A stretch of DNA of 64,000 nt from Nitrospirota bacterium (GCA_963663225.1 OY760142.1:640001-704000), one strand, 5' to 3'; shown: positions 50,155-62,243, counted from the first letter of the stretch. Numbers and translations: made by a program. The notes: generated by a model from the sequence alone, not told the origin.

Positions 50155-50958
50155 TTATCTGGTCATTAAGTAGCAATACAGTATCGGTGCGGCAAACAGC
50201 ATGCTATCCATGCGATCGAGAATTCCGCCATGTCCGGGAATTATTCCGCCTGAATCTTTGAGTCCTGATGCCCGTTTTAGCAACGATTCAACCAGGTCGC
50301 CTATCGTACCGACCACCGCAAGCACGAGTGCAATTCCGATTGCCTCTCCAATTCCGAACGGAATCGCCTGCATAAACCATATTCTGCAGACAAGCGCCAT
50401 TCCCACGGACGCGATCAGCGCTCCGGCGAATCCTTCGATGCTTTTCTTGGGGCTCACTTTTTCATACAAACGGTGTTTGCCAAAGGGGATGCCGATGGCG
50501 TAGGCGCCGATATCCGACGCCCAAATTACAAAATAGAGGAACACAAGCCATTGTTTTCCATCAACGCCCATGCGGATCAGGATTTGAAACGCAAACAATA
50601 CTGCAACATAGAATATGCCGGCGAGCGTAAATGCTATGTCGTCGATTGCTCCTTCCACGGGCCGTCGGGAAAAGAGCCGTGCAACCATGACCAGCATAAT
50701 GCATCCCGCCATAAAAAAAATTTCCGCGCCTCGGGGAAAAGGATGATATGCCTCAAGGATAATCAGCACCCCGGCCAGAATGCCGAGGCCGGCACAGGGG
50801 CTGCTTCCGCGGGTCCGGGCCATGCGGTAAAATTCATATTGCCCCATCGCCGCAGTAAGCATAAGCAGCGCTGCAAAATACACCGGCGGCAGTTCCCACG
50901 TGACCGCGTAAAAGATGGGAAGAAACAAAAGCCCAGAAATCACTCTCTTATACAGCAT
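50155..50958 (-). CDS. cdsA: phosphatidate cytidylyltransferase
   Basis: SPKKSIEG and GDLVESLLKR...KDSG.IIPGHGGILDR.D. Confidence 0.95.
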   Translation of the reverse strand: MLYKRVISGLLFLPIFYAVTWELPPVYFAALLMLTAAMGQYEFYRMARTRGSSPCAGLGILAGVLIILEAYHPFPRGAEIFFMAGCIMLVMVARLFSRRPVEGAIDDIAFTLAGIFYVAVLFAFQILIRMGVDGKQWLVFLYFVIWASDIGAYAIGIPFGKHRLYEKVSPKKSIEGFAGALIASVGMALVCRIWFMQAIPFGIGEAIGIALVLAVVGTIGDLVESLLKRASGLKDSGGIIPGHGGILDRMDSMLFAAPILYCYLMTR

Positions 50959-51009
50959 GCATTGTCTCCATAGGGTCAGGTCTGTATCGGGGTGAAACGC
51001 GGGGCGTTG

Positions 51010-51789
51010 TCACGGTTTTTGCAGCAATTGTTCCTGCGTAAGGCCGAATCTGCGCTGGCGGCCCTGGTAATCCAGAATCGCGTCAATAAGATCTTTTTCC
51101 ACAAAATCAGGCCAGAGCGTATCGGTAAAGTAAAGCTCGGTGTACGCCGCTTGCCAGAGGAGAAAGTTGCTGATGCGCTTTTCACCGCTCGTCCGTATGA
51201 TCAGATCAGGATCAGGAAGGCCCGCAGTGTCAAGATGAGCGGATAATGATTCTTCGGTGATGCTGTCCGTTGGAGCGATTTCGGTGCGCAGCCTGTTGAT
51301 TGCTTCCAGTATTTCACCCCGGCCGCCGTATGATAAGGCGAGATTCAGGATCATTCCCGAGTTGTTGGAAGTTTCAGAGACTGCTTTCCCCACCCAGCCC
51401 TGCACAGACATCGGAAGCTTTTCAATCCTGCCGATGGTTCGAAACCGGATATCGTTTGTTTTCATGGTCGCTATCTCAGTCTCGAGATAGTGCCCCAGCA
51501 TGTCCATCAGAAAGCCAACTTCTTCTTTGGGCCGCCCCCAATTCTCGTCGGAAAAAGCGTACAGAGTGATCACCGGTATTTTAAGTTGGCGGCACTGCTC
51601 CGTCACGCGCCGCACGGCATCCACGCCTTTTTTATGCCCGGCAATACGCGGCAGGCCTCTGCGCAATGCCCACCTTCCATTGCCATCCATAATAATGGCG
51701 ATGTGCCTCGGCAAACTCTGAGTATCCAGCTGCGCATAAAGCCGCTCTGGTATCAGGCTTTTGCTGTTTATGTTTTTTTCTGTCTTCAT
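51010..51789 (-). CDS. uppS: undecaprenyl diphosphate synthase
   Basis: HIAIIMDGNGRWA, FSDENWGRP and IRTSGEKRISNFLLWQ. Confidence 0.97.
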   Translation of the reverse strand: MKTEKNINSKSLIPERLYAQLDTQSLPRHIAIIMDGNGRWALRRGLPRIAGHKKGVDAVRRVTEQCRQLKIPVITLYAFSDENWGRPKEEVGFLMDMLGHYLETEIATMKTNDIRFRTIGRIEKLPMSVQGWVGKAVSETSNNSGMILNLALSYGGRGEILEAINRLRTEIAPTDSITEESLSAHLDTAGLPDPDLIIRTSGEKRISNFLLWQAAYTELYFTDTLWPDFVEKDLIDAILDYQGRQRRFGLTQEQLLQKP

Positions 51790-51881
51790 TAAATTCCAGT
51801 TGCCGGAAAACGCACTCTTGTGCTAGAGTGATTTTATCAGCACCAAACAACCGGCAACCGTCCGAAAAGATCCAGTTGGAT

Positions 51882-53744
51882 TTACTTTATCGTATAGGAT
51901 GTTACCTGAATGGTGTCGCTCTTTATCCACCAGCCGGGAATCTTCGCCAGAACATAAAGCTTGCCTTTCACATCCTGTTGCTTGAGTAGTTGAAAGTCCA
52001 TCACGATCCCCTGAACCTTCCTTATGTTGAACCGTTCCTCAAGCCTCGCATTGTTCCAGCTCAGCCCCACAAATTCAGCATCCTTGTATCCGGGTATAAA
52101 CTTAATTCCGATGGTATCAAGGTACGGGACAGCATTATTTTTAGGCACGATGATTTCCTCTTTGCCGTCACCGTTCAGATCGAGTGCGAGCACCCGGCCC
52201 CGAATCCTCGCTTTTTCTCGTTCAAGAGATACCGGAGGGTTGCCTGTTTTTTCTGCTTGTTCTGAGGCGGCTTTTATAAAGTCAGCATCGTGTCCTGTTA
52301 TAGGTTTGATTACCGTTGTTCCGACTGCTGGATATTTTTCTTCGCTTTTCCAAATGACGCTGTTATTTGCATAAACGACCAGTTGATCATTATTATTCAA
52401 AGATACCAGGAGCGGCTGGGACTCTCCCATGTCGGCGATTACAAAGCCATAAAGTTCTACACCCTTCGGAAGCGGAAACTCGAGTCCTGCAACGTATTTT
52501 CCTTCCGCCCAAGAGTATTGCTTCGGCTTTCCGGCATAAAATGTTACCGGGTCATAGTTCTGGCCGATCAGAATGTCTCCTTTGCCGGGGTATTTTACAA
52601 CCCGCAGGAAGCCTGGCATTGCCGCTATCCGGCTGAAAATGCCGTTCTGGAGCGCCATGACATACGAAATCACTTTTTCGTTCTGCATGGCAGTCACGAA
52701 GATTTCCGGTTTGCCGTCGCTGTTAATGTCGGCAACATCAATGTTGATGTGCGTTATCTCACCGGAAGCAAACGGTACTGATTCCGACCATTCTTCTCTC
52801 CATCCCGTTGACTCCTGCAAATAGATATGCAGTCTTATGCCATCAGAAAAAATATAGTGCAGAACACCATTTCCTGCGAGATCAGCAACAGCAAACAACC
52901 GGGCGTCAAACGGAAGCCTCGGTATGACTTTCCCGTCTGACACAAAGCTTTTTCCTTCGGCAAAGAAGCTGGTCTCCTCTCTGTCCGGAGCAAAAAACGG
53001 TTTCACGTCCGTGAGCGATTCTTTCCTGGTTTTCAGGTCAAGCATGGCCATGATCGTATTGATCGGCCTCGCGTTATCTGCATAATACATCCCTGCCGTC
53101 ACCAGAAGTTTACCTCCCTCCGATGGATAAATTTCAACGGCAGCGACCACGTCAAGCGCAAACGTACGTCCCATTTCTTTGATCAAGGAGGCATCGCGTT
53201 GTTTCCGGTCTTTCAGAAAGGCCGCCATAGTGTCGTTCTCGACAACTGAAAATCTTCCGAGTTCGTTCAAACGGCGGGAAAGTTCCTGCATGATTCCCGC
53301 CTGGGCAACCCGCAACGGTATGAGGGCAATCCGGATTTTTTTGGGCGTGATCCGGGCCGTGTCCCCCGGCTGCGGTTGTTTGATCTTTTTAATGACGCGT
53401 ATCGTGGACGACGTTTCTCCCACCTCGGAAACTTCTGCTTCTCCGACTTCCTCTTCCATGCGGCCAAGCACTGTTCCGTTCACCGGGTGGAGTATTTCCT
53501 TGCCTGCGCGCCAAAGCGACAACGTCACGCCAGCTTTCAGCCCGTCTTTGCTGCCCAACGCCACCATCAGCGTTTCTCCCTGAACGGTTTTTATTTCACC
53601 CTGCACCTTGGGAAAATAGGAAGAAATGGCGCTCGCAAGCTCATTGACCGAGGTATATTCTTCCACCCCAAGCGGCTTTTCCGCGCTGCCGGCTGTTGCA
53701 ACAAACATTATGACCGGCAAAAACAGCATAAGGAACTTTTTCAT
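51882..53744 (-). CDS. exported VCBS/FG-GAP repeat protein
   Basis: Signal peptide and ADINSDGKPEI, DLNGDGKEEI and ADLAGNG repeats. Confidence 0.75.
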   Translation of the reverse strand: MKKFLMLFLPVIMFVATAGSAEKPLGVEEYTSVNELASAISSYFPKVQGEIKTVQGETLMVALGSKDGLKAGVTLSLWRAGKEILHPVNGTVLGRMEEEVGEAEVSEVGETSSTIRVIKKIKQPQPGDTARITPKKIRIALIPLRVAQAGIMQELSRRLNELGRFSVVENDTMAAFLKDRKQRDASLIKEMGRTFALDVVAAVEIYPSEGGKLLVTAGMYYADNARPINTIMAMLDLKTRKESLTDVKPFFAPDREETSFFAEGKSFVSDGKVIPRLPFDARLFAVADLAGNGVLHYIFSDGIRLHIYLQESTGWREEWSESVPFASGEITHINIDVADINSDGKPEIFVTAMQNEKVISYVMALQNGIFSRIAAMPGFLRVVKYPGKGDILIGQNYDPVTFYAGKPKQYSWAEGKYVAGLEFPLPKGVELYGFVIADMGESQPLLVSLNNNDQLVVYANNSVIWKSEEKYPAVGTTVIKPITGHDADFIKAASEQAEKTGNPPVSLEREKARIRGRVLALDLNGDGKEEIIVPKNNAVPYLDTIGIKFIPGYKDAEFVGLSWNNARLEERFNIRKVQGIVMDFQLLKQQDVKGKLYVLAKIPGWWIKSDTIQVTSYTIK

Positions 53745-53819
53745 GCTTCCCGTACTCCTTTTCTCTCTGCTGCTTTAATAATCTTTTTTAACTTTCAATC
53801 CCGCACAGTATGTCGTATT

Positions 53820-56033
53820 TCACTGAACTCTCATTGCGACCTGTGCTTCCCATGACTGTCCGGGTAAAAGCGAAATACGCCATATCGGCATCACCATGGA
53901 GCTCTGGAATACCCGCTCGAATCCCGCTTCCGACTGTGAAACGGTCTCCACCGGCGCACGCCAGAGCAGGGCCGGCTGTGAAAACACCAAGGCAAGCCTG
54001 ATCTTCTGCCATTCATCCACAAGGCTCACCTGACACACCCCGTTTGATTCGCCTGTTGACGCAAGATTTCTTTTTTCCAGCGCATGCCCGGGAATTTCAT
54101 AATAGCGGTCAGGGGCGTTTCCGGCAAGAAGCGAAAAATTAAACTCGCTTCCGAAATCCGTCGTAAGTTCACAATCGCCCAGGTTCTCAATCCTGTACCG
54201 AATGCAGACCTCGGGAACGGCGCTCTGCAGTAACAGTTCTTTCCTGACCTGCACGCCGATCCCGGCCACCGTCCCTTTGCGCGCCAGGGTCACCGTTGCA
54301 CGATTTTTTGCTTTTCTGCATAGTGTTTCATAAGCACCAAGCACAAAATCTCCGGCCTCATGATACTTGCATCTCATGAATCCCGCCAGGTCCGCGCCCG
54401 GGCCGAGAAAATGATCAAGGAGCGTCCCCCGGACATACCAGTCGTAAAACAGGTGCTGCTGGAGTCCGTCCTCCTTTACCATTACCCGTTCATGGATCGT
54501 TTTTGCACCGCCGTCGTGAGTTCCGCCGGCAGAGGCATTGACAGCTTGAAGAATCTTTTCGTGATACCCCTCTTGTCTGCGCGTCAGCGTGTTCATCAGA
54601 TTAAACGAACGCGGCTTCCAGTCAAGCTCGGTTATTCTGCCACCTTCAGACGGCTCTATAAACAGGTTCAGCAACTCGGAATTCAGCATGATTTCTTTGT
54701 TGCCGTCCAGATCAAAATCTCCTTGTTCAATCTCCAGCCAGGTTACGGGATCACTTTTTGTCCGGGCCGGTCGTCTTGTTCCTGTTTTGGATGTCCGGTC
54801 TTTCTCCTTGCATTGATGTCGCACGGTATCTGCAAGGACCTCGGCCTCGATGAGATGTTCGTATACCGCTGAGCGCAGGTGCGGCAAATAAAGTCCGCCG
54901 AATACGCCGTGCCAGTATGCGTCATTGCACTGGGCCTGATACAGATGATCGGTCATTCGTGACGCGGTCTGCCCTCTCTTCGATCCTTGCGGAACGGAAA
55001 CGCTCAGGGCATCATGAACCTTTTCGCTCACCATCATCATCCGTTTGTGCAGGTGATTGCTTTCGGAATATTTGGCCAGGAAGTTTCTCCAGATCCCGCC
55101 CTTGATGAACGGTCTCAGTCCTTCGAAATCAGGAGTATTTTTCACCTTGGCCAGTGCACGATCATACTCCATCATAGCTCGCGTCGGAAGAGTCCATTCC
55201 CCCATTTCCATATAAGACGCCGTCGGAAGATACACCCTTCCCCGGGGCGGCTCCTTGGCCAGGTATTCCGAAAACGTCGTGGTTTCCAGCCAGTCGCTGT
55301 TCTGCTCGATCAGGGCAAACAACCGTTCAAGCCATTGTTCTTCGTATACGGAATGAAACGTCTCGGGCCATACGCCGAACTTCTCCCCGTCGTCGGCCAT
55401 AACCATCAGGCGGTTGCGCTCCTGCGAACGCAAACCTGCAAGAAGTTCTATGGTTTCTTCCGGCCTGTGAAACGGGATTAAATACCGGAGCCGCTCACTT
55501 CCCGGGAAAATACGTACAAGGCTGTTTTGGTCCTCGGTAAGATAGTAGCCGTCGAGTTCATCATCATGGAGACCGGCCATCTTAAAATGAAAATCATCAA
55601 CTACGACATGGTTTATTCCTGCGGCGGCAATGGCCTTTGCCAGATGCGGTTCCCAAACCCGTTCGGCAAGCCACATGCCCTGCGCATTATAGCCGACAGT
55701 ACAGCGTATGTAATCGGAAAGCGCGCAGATCTGTCCAGTTTTATCAGCATCCGGCAGCACGGCAATTACGGGCTCATAGAATCCGCCCGAAAGTATCTCC
55801 GCCCGTTTTGCAGATACAAGCGCTTTCAGTTTTTGAATAAATTCCGGATGGTGTTTTTCAAAAAAATGATAGAGAATTCCTGTGTAATGGAGCACAATCT
55901 TGATCTTCGGGTGGCGTTCCAACACCTTGATAAACGGGAGATAGGATTTTTGGTATGCCTCCTCGGCGACGAACTCAAAATTGCCGACCGGTTGATGGTT
56001 ATGAATCGTGAAAATAAACTGTACTTTCGGCAT
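53820..56033 (-). CDS. GH57 alpha-amylase / 4-alpha-glucanotransferase
   Basis: HNHQPVGN, WLAERVWE (nucleophile), DDGEKFG (acid/base), QCNDAYWHG and SQSEAGFE. Confidence 0.92.
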   Translation of the reverse strand: MPKVQFIFTIHNHQPVGNFEFVAEEAYQKSYLPFIKVLERHPKIKIVLHYTGILYHFFEKHHPEFIQKLKALVSAKRAEILSGGFYEPVIAVLPDADKTGQICALSDYIRCTVGYNAQGMWLAERVWEPHLAKAIAAAGINHVVVDDFHFKMAGLHDDELDGYYLTEDQNSLVRIFPGSERLRYLIPFHRPEETIELLAGLRSQERNRLMVMADDGEKFGVWPETFHSVYEEQWLERLFALIEQNSDWLETTTFSEYLAKEPPRGRVYLPTASYMEMGEWTLPTRAMMEYDRALAKVKNTPDFEGLRPFIKGGIWRNFLAKYSESNHLHKRMMMVSEKVHDALSVSVPQGSKRGQTASRMTDHLYQAQCNDAYWHGVFGGLYLPHLRSAVYEHLIEAEVLADTVRHQCKEKDRTSKTGTRRPARTKSDPVTWLEIEQGDFDLDGNKEIMLNSELLNLFIEPSEGGRITELDWKPRSFNLMNTLTRRQEGYHEKILQAVNASAGGTHDGGAKTIHERVMVKEDGLQQHLFYDWYVRGTLLDHFLGPGADLAGFMRCKYHEAGDFVLGAYETLCRKAKNRATVTLARKGTVAGIGVQVRKELLLQSAVPEVCIRYRIENLGDCELTTDFGSEFNFSLLAGNAPDRYYEIPGHALEKRNLASTGESNGVCQVSLVDEWQKIRLALVFSQPALLWRAPVETVSQSEAGFERVFQSSMVMPIWRISLLPGQSWEAQVAMRVQ

Positions 56034-56173
56034 GTCGTCAAGACCTCAAGTTTCCTCGAAATTTTATGAGGATACAGTTTGAAATATTAGCCTTATAGCT
56101 CCGAAAAGTCAATCAAAAACAGGGAAATAGAGGGGTACTGGGGAAGTTCGGAAGAGAGAATTTACGGTCCCGC

Positions 56174-57556
56174 TCAGTCTCTTACTTCAATTCCAAACGA
56201 TTTGATCTTCCGGTGAAGATTGCTGCGTTCCACGCCGATGGCATCCGCCGTCTTGCTTATGTTGCCTCCGTTTTCCGCAAGTTTCCGGGTAATGAACTCA
56301 CGCTCAAATTCGGCGCGGGCATCCCTGAGTGTGGAAAATCTTGAAGTAACCGCGACCGCGACGGTCAGCGCGGATTTGCTCCCGGACTTGTCAGTATTGA
56401 CCGGTGGAGGAACCTCCTGGATGCCGATTCGGTGACCTGGGATCATGATGACCAGCCGCTCGATGATGTTCCGGAGTTCACGGACGTTTCCCGGCCATGG
56501 ATAACGGACAAAGAGTTCAAGGGCCTCAGTGTCCATCGTTTTCACTTTTTGTCCGTATTCCCTGGAAAACTCCAGCAGGAAGTATTGGATCAGCCGGGGA
56601 ATATCGTCAGATCGTTCGCGGAGCGGAGGAACTTCAAGCGGGAGGACATTCAGCCGATAATACAGGTCTTCACGGAATATGCCTTTTCTGATCTCATCAC
56701 CAAGATTCTTGTTCGATGCTGCAATCACCCGCATGTCCGCTTTGAGCGTTTTCGTGCCGCCCACGCGCTGGAACTCCTGTCCCTCCAGCACGCGCAACAC
56801 CTTGGCCTGCGTGGCAAGGGTCATGTCGGCAATTTCATCAAGGAAAATTGTACCGCCGTCCGCGACCTCGAATTTTCCGCGTTTCATTCCGGTCGCGCCG
56901 GTAAAGGCGCCCCGTTCATGCCCAAAAAGCTCACTTTCGATCAACTCCTGAGGTATGGCTGCACAGTTTACTTCCACAAAAGGGCCGTCTGCACGCCTGC
57001 TGGCGCGGTGAATCGCCCGTGCAACAAGCTCTTTTCCTGTACCGCTCTCACCATGAATAAGCACCCAGCCGTTTGTGGGACCGGCAAGGGCAATTTGCTG
57101 CTTCAGCGACATGATCTGTCTGCTCTCTCCCACAATTTCGTACCGTCGTTCAATACGCTGTCTGAGTGTCTGATTTTCTTCACGCAAGCGGTATTCTTCC
57201 AGGCCGTGTTGAACTACCAGTATCAAGTGGTCCAGCTGCGGCGGCTTGACTAAAAAATCGTAGGCTCCCATTTTGACCGTTTTGACCGCAGTATCGATTG
57301 TACCGTGACCGGTGACCATGATTATGGGCATTTCAGGCCTGATATCCTTGATCCTGCGCAGTGTCTCGATGCCATCCATCTCAGGCATGGCAATGTCAAG
57401 CAGTACAAGAGACGGCTGTATCTCACTTAGGAGGTCAATGCTTTCCCTGCCGGAGGCAGCAGTCACGACGTCGTAACCTTCATCGCGCATTACGTCTGCC
57501 AAACTTTTACGAACGCTTTCTTCATCGTCGATTATCAAAATGGTTTCATGCGGCAT
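56174..57556 (-). CDS. NtrX-like sigma54-dependent response regulator
   Basis: REC domain, [24 protein letters not shown] and an HTH ([12 protein letters not shown]) typical of NtrX-like proteins. Confidence 0.88.
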   Translation of the reverse strand: MPHETILIIDDEESVRKSLADVMRDEGYDVVTAASGRESIDLLSEIQPSLVLLDIAMPEMDGIETLRRIKDIRPEMPIIMVTGHGTIDTAVKTVKMGAYDFLVKPPQLDHLILVVQHGLEEYRLREENQTLRQRIERRYEIVGESRQIMSLKQQIALAGPTNGWVLIHGESGTGKELVARAIHRASRRADGPFVEVNCAAIPQELIESELFGHERGAFTGATGMKRGKFEVADGGTIFLDEIADMTLATQAKVLRVLEGQEFQRVGGTKTLKADMRVIAASNKNLGDEIRKGIFREDLYYRLNVLPLEVPPLRERSDDIPRLIQYFLLEFSREYGQKVKTMDTEALELFVRYPWPGNVRELRNIIERLVIMIPGHRIGIQEVPPPVNTDKSGSKSALTVAVAVTSRFSTLRDARAEFEREFITRKLAENGGNISKTADAIGVERSNLHRKIKSFGIEVRD

Positions 57557-57684
57557 AGGAAATACTGTAGCAGATTTTCAACAGTGTGTAAAGCACGGGA
57601 CCTGCCGGAAAGTCACAACATCATGTATATGACTGAATTAACGTAGTTTTTTTGAAACTGAACCTGCGTTTTGCAACTGATCCG

Positions 57685-58167
57685 TCAAAGTTTATACCCG
57701 ATTTTTCTTAAAAAATCCTTGCGCATCGCTTTATCACCGGCGCCTTCAATGCCTTTCGGTGGAAAACCATCGATAACACCGAGGATCCCTTTGCCCTGAT
57801 CCGTCGACGCCACCACCACTTCAAGCGGATTTGCCGTGGCGCAGAAGATTCGACAAACTTCCGGGCAGTTCTTGATCTGGTTCAGGACATTGATCGGGAA
57901 GGCGTTTTTCAGCATGACGCAGAACACATGGCCGGCGCCGATTGATTGCAAAATCTTCGTGCAGGATTCGATAAGACCGTCATCGTTGCCCTCCGTACGG
58001 ATAAGGCAGGGACCGGAAGCCTCTGTAAACGCAATGCCGAACTTTGCCTGCGGCACCGTGCCGGCGATAATTTCATACAAGTCTTCCGCTGTTTTTATAA
58101 AGTGGGTCTGGCCGAGAATAATATTGCAGCCATCAGGAATTTCAACTGAAACAGTATTCAGATTCAT
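57685..58167 (-). CDS. adenosine-specific kinase family protein
   Basis: NIILGQTHFIKTAED, FTEASG, CRIFCATANP and GVIDG...GYK. Confidence 0.88.
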   Translation of the reverse strand: MNLNTVSVEIPDGCNIILGQTHFIKTAEDLYEIIAGTVPQAKFGIAFTEASGPCLIRTEGNDDGLIESCTKILQSIGAGHVFCVMLKNAFPINVLNQIKNCPEVCRIFCATANPLEVVVASTDQGKGILGVIDGFPPKGIEGAGDKAMRKDFLRKIGYKL

Positions 58168-58256
58168 AGGACCTCCTTCAGAGAGAAATCTGCGCACTGT
58201 CTGTTACTATACCAGATTTTAGCAATGGGAGGAACCCGTGATGAAATTTTTGAGCG

Positions 58257-58955
58257 CTAGAGAGGATTTTTGTACAGAACCGGGGACTCGGTACCGTTTT
58301 GAAGCAGATCAAGCATGCGGGCGATGGACTCATCGTGAAGCTCGCGAATATAATCCTTGTCCATGCCCCACTTCCGCTTTCCATTCAGAAAGGAAAGAAA
58401 AACCATGCTCTTGTACAATCTTTTGTTGGTTTTGAAGGAAAACATATAACGGTCAAGTGAGCTCTCCAGAAGCAGGTCGCTTCTTTTGCGCACATGTTTG
58501 CTGATTAAAACCGTCTGGAGCCAATAGGTTTTGTCGATGAGGCTGTCCGCCTGCATTTCCATCCAGGTATGCCCCATATTGCCCTTTTCGTCCGTAAGAG
58601 CCTCATGTGCCACGGAATCAGCAGCGAGATGGCTCAGATATCCGTAGGCGAAAGCGCGTTCAGGCCATGTTTTCGCCTGATCCAGAAGCTTGAGCCCGAC
58701 ATCCCAGGAATGTGAGCTTTTGTCTTCGGGAAGATACTTTTTCCCAAGGATGATGTCGGCCATCAGATTGCCGTACAGAAAATCCTGTTTGTGCTTTCGT
58801 AAAAGTGCAAGAATGCCCGCGGGAATCAATGAAGTATACGACAGAAGTTCATTGCCGAGATACATATGGGTCAAAGGCCCCCATGCAAACGCAAAAGACG
58901 GAACGAGCAGAAATCCCACTACCAGAAGAACAAAATACATGAATAATACCGGCAC
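58257..58955 (-). CDS. zinc-dependent phospholipase C family protein
   Basis: Signal-like N-terminus, then WGPLTH, HSW, GYLSHLAADSVAH and HTWME. The start could alternatively be ATG 58940. Confidence 0.8.
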   Translation of the reverse strand: MPVLFMYFVLLVVGFLLVPSFAFAWGPLTHMYLGNELLSYTSLIPAGILALLRKHKQDFLYGNLMADIILGKKYLPEDKSSHSWDVGLKLLDQAKTWPERAFAYGYLSHLAADSVAHEALTDEKGNMGHTWMEMQADSLIDKTYWLQTVLISKHVRKRSDLLLESSLDRYMFSFKTNKRLYKSMVFLSFLNGKRKWGMDKDYIRELHDESIARMLDLLQNGTESPVLYKNPL

Positions 58956-59099
58956 CTTCTCAACAAGTATGATAAAAACAACGGGATATGTTAACTCTCA
59001 GAAACCAGGGCGTCAATATTTTTTTGCAAAAAAATACGTAATCCTTTGGACTTGTTTAGAAAATAACTACAATTTCTTGTCGGATAGCCGGGGAAAAAA

Positions 59100-59327
59100 T
59101 TACTTGCACCCTGCGCACGAGGAAGACGTGCAGCCGCCGCAACCGGAGCTGCCTCCGGAGGAGTCTGCCGCTGGACTGTTTGAAGACCTGCCCATACCGA
59201 AGCGGGACATCCGCTTGCTTGTTTTCCTTGAACCGCATTTCTCGCAGGCTACTTCAGGATTCGATCCGAAAACAAGCTTTTCAAAATCGGCACCGCAGCC
59301 GTTGCAATGATATTCGTAGATAGGCAT
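59100..59327 (-). CDS. FmdB-family zinc-ribbon protein
   Basis: MPIYEYHCNGC...FE...CEKCGS, with a Cys-rich tail. Confidence 0.88.
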   Translation of the reverse strand: MPIYEYHCNGCGADFEKLVFGSNPEVACEKCGSRKTSKRMSRFGMGRSSNSPAADSSGGSSGCGGCTSSSCAGCK

Positions 59328-59362
59328 AATGATTCACGCTCGCAGCAAACCTGTCTAGATTC

Positions 59363-60010
59363 CTATTTCTTCTCCAGTTTTTTCCAGTCAGAGAGGAATT
59401 TTTCAATTCCAATGTCAGTGAGAGGATGCTTTGTGAGTTGGTCGATCACGCTGAAAGGAATCGTGGCAATATGGGCGCCGGCCAGCGCTGCATCAACCAC
59501 ATGAAGCGGATTTCTTACACTTGCGACAATAACCTCGGTCGCATAGCCATAGTTGTCAAAAATTGTAACAATCTGCCGTACGAGATCAATACCATACGTG
59601 CTGATATCGTCCAATCTCCCCACGAAAGGGCTCACATAAGCAGCACCGACCTTGGCGGCAAGCAGTGCCTGGGAAGGAGAAAAAACCAGCGTCATATTGA
59701 CTTTGATCCCGCGCTCCGCCAATATTTTTGTCGCCTTGAGGCCATCTTTGGTCATGGGAAGCTTCACAACGATATTCTTGTGGATCTTCGCCAGATCAAC
59801 ACATTCTGCCACCATCTTATCTGCTTCGAGACTCACCGCTTCCGCGCTTATCGGACCATCTACGATTGAGCAAATTTCGGTGATTACCTGTTTAAAGTCC
59901 CGTCCTTCCTTTGCTATCAGCGAAGGATTGGTCGTCACGCCGTCAACCACTCCAAGACTTGCCGCTTCCCGGATTTCTTTTACGTTTGCTGTGTCAATAA
60001 AAAATTTCAT
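59363..60010 (-). CDS. fsa: transaldolase / fructose-6-phosphate aldolase
   Basis: [30 protein letters not shown] and HPLTD.GI. Confidence 0.93.
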   Translation of the reverse strand: MKFFIDTANVKEIREAASLGVVDGVTTNPSLIAKEGRDFKQVITEICSIVDGPISAEAVSLEADKMVAECVDLAKIHKNIVVKLPMTKDGLKATKILAERGIKVNMTLVFSPSQALLAAKVGAAYVSPFVGRLDDISTYGIDLVRQIVTIFDNYGYATEVIVASVRNPLHVVDAALAGAHIATIPFSVIDQLTKHPLTDIGIEKFLSDWKKLEKK

Positions 60011-60226
60011 GATCCATCTCCTTCACCGGGCGGTTTCCGAGAAACTGCCGGTTTCTCAATTTACGTGTTGCATTTTATGGCATTTATACGCGACTGTCAA
60101 GCCAAGGCAGCATTGCTCGGAATTGAATTGACAAACATGCAGGGATTGGCGAGCTTGTTTTGTATAAAAGCTCCTGCGGGACATGCACGCCGCGGGGCTT
60201 TCTCAGCGCAACTGTTTTTACTGCAA

Positions 60227-60478
60227 TCAGTCTTGTTTTTCGTATTTCCTGGCGCAGGCTTCCGTGCAAAAATAATACGTTTTGCCGTCAATGCGCCGTG
60301 AGACGGCACGGTGCTTCACCACATAGGTATTGCATTCCGGATCGAGTACCATCTCTTCGCCGGGAAGGCGGTCTTTCCGTTCTGTACCGGTGTTTGCACT
60401 GATTACCGACCGGATTGCTGCTTTTGCGGCATAGTACAACAGAATAACAACTGCCAAAATAACAAGATAGCGTACCAT
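60227..60478 (-). CDS. membrane-anchored YHS/TRASH domain protein
   Basis: N-terminal TM helix and MVLDPEC.TY...YYFCTEAC. Confidence 0.8.
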   Translation of the reverse strand: MVRYLVILAVVILLYYAAKAAIRSVISANTGTERKDRLPGEEMVLDPECNTYVVKHRAVSRRIDGKTYYFCTEACARKYEKQD

Positions 60479-60525
60479 GTAAATACCTTGGCTCCTACTT
60501 CAAGCAGGCTGCGGAATCCTGCAAA

Positions 60526-62085
60526 CTAATGCCTGAAATGCCGCATCCCTGAAAACACCATTGCGATACCCTGCTCATCGGCTGCCTTGATCACCTCTTC
60601 GTCCCTGATGGATCCACCGGGCTGAATGACTGCCGTCATTCCGGCTTTTGCAGCTTCATCAAGTGCATCGCGGAAGGGGAAAAATGCGTCCGATGCGACC
60701 ACCGTGCCCTTCAGCGGAAATTGGGCTTTCATGACGGCAATCCTCACCGAATCCAGACGGCTCATCTGGCCGGCTCCAATGCCAATGGTCCGGTCTTTGG
60801 TTGCAAAAATAATTGTATTGGACTTCACATGTTTACACACTTTCCATGCGAACGCGAGTCCCTCATATTCGTCGTCCGTGGGTTTTCGCCGTGTCGCCAC
60901 TACCAGTTTTCTGATGTCCGCTATCGAGCCGAGATCCCGGTCCTGGTAGATCAGTCCTCCTACAATCTTTTTCAAGTCCATACCCTCTGGTGCACCTTTG
61001 ACGTTAGGGCCGATATCGAGCAGGCGTACGTCTTTTTTCCGCTTCAGCTCCTGGAGGGCATCAGGCGCAAATTCCGGCGCGACGACAACTTCCACGAATG
61101 TCGAGGTGATTTCCTTGGCTGTTTCAATGTCGACCATGCGGTTGAAGGCAATTACTCCGCCGTAGGCCGACACCGGATCGCACTCACGCGCTTTGCGATA
61201 GGTATCAACCAGCGCTCCTCCGACAGCCACACCACAGGGGTTGTTGTGCTTTACGATCACCGTCGCTGTCTGTTCATACTCTTTTGCAAGCTCAAGTGCG
61301 CTGTTTGCATCAAGGAAATTATTGAAAGACATCTCTTTCCCGTGGAGTTGCTTCGCATTGGCTACCGACGGTTCCTTGCGTCCGAATTCACGGTAGAAGG
61401 CGCCCTGCTGATGAGGATTTTCTCCATAGCGGAGATTCTGCACTTTTTCAAATTGAAGCGTAAGAATATTGGGAAACCGGGTTTTCTCCTCATCAGGCAC
61501 CTGGCTGTCGAGCCATGCCGAGATGGCGCTGTCGTACCGGGCAGTGTGCAGAAAGACCGTCCGGCACAGGTCGAAACGGGTCTTGGCTGATACTTCCCCG
61601 GTCTTTTTAATTTCATCGAGCACGCGTCCGTAATCCCTCGGAGAAACCACGACGGCCACGTCAGTGTAATTTTTTGCCGCTGAGCGCAGCATGGTCGGAC
61701 CGCCGATGTCGATGTTCTCGATTGCTTCTTCGAGCGTGCAGCCTGGTTTTGCAACAGTCTGTTCGAAGGGGTACAGGTTCACCACCACGAGGTCAATCGG
61801 TTCGATGCCGTGCTCTTTCATCTGCCGAACGTGTTCGGGGTCGTGCCGTTTGCCGAGAAGTCCCCCATGGATTTTCGGATGCAGCGTCTTGACCCTGCCG
61901 TCGAGCATTTCGGGAAACCCCGTGAACTCGGAAACATCCTTCACGCTTACTCCGCCGTCCCTTAAAAGTTTGGCTGTACCACCCGTTGAAAGAATTTCGA
62001 TGTTCAGTGCCTCAAGCCCTTTGGCAAAATCAAGAATCCCATGTTTATCAGATACACTAATGAGCGCGCGCTTTATTTTAGCCAC
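60526..62085 (-). CDS. purH: bifunctional AICAR transformylase / IMP cyclohydrolase
   Basis: [32 protein letters not shown] and SDAFFPF. Confidence 0.98.
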   Translation of the reverse strand: MAKIKRALISVSDKHGILDFAKGLEALNIEILSTGGTAKLLRDGGVSVKDVSEFTGFPEMLDGRVKTLHPKIHGGLLGKRHDPEHVRQMKEHGIEPIDLVVVNLYPFEQTVAKPGCTLEEAIENIDIGGPTMLRSAAKNYTDVAVVVSPRDYGRVLDEIKKTGEVSAKTRFDLCRTVFLHTARYDSAISAWLDSQVPDEEKTRFPNILTLQFEKVQNLRYGENPHQQGAFYREFGRKEPSVANAKQLHGKEMSFNNFLDANSALELAKEYEQTATVIVKHNNPCGVAVGGALVDTYRKARECDPVSAYGGVIAFNRMVDIETAKEITSTFVEVVVAPEFAPDALQELKRKKDVRLLDIGPNVKGAPEGMDLKKIVGGLIYQDRDLGSIADIRKLVVATRRKPTDDEYEGLAFAWKVCKHVKSNTIIFATKDRTIGIGAGQMSRLDSVRIAVMKAQFPLKGTVVASDAFFPFRDALDEAAKAGMTAVIQPGGSIRDEEVIKAADEQGIAMVFSGMRHFRH

Positions 62086-62243
62086 GGTGGTCCTCCCAAG
62101 AAATATGTGAAATTATGGCAATAGTAACCGGAAAAGGTCGGAATGTCAATTTGCAATTTCCAGGTGGGACAACAGGCCCTTGCGCAAACAATTAACACTG
62201 TCTGCGCAAAGACCTGAATGTGCTGTCGGGAATGTATTGTGCG

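Noticed and set aside
62086-62243. ZTP (pfl) riboswitch upstream of purH
   Set aside because: The region contains only a hairpin after the glcF-like gene and a TTGACA-17-TACTAT promoter with a short leader. No ZTP consensus is present.
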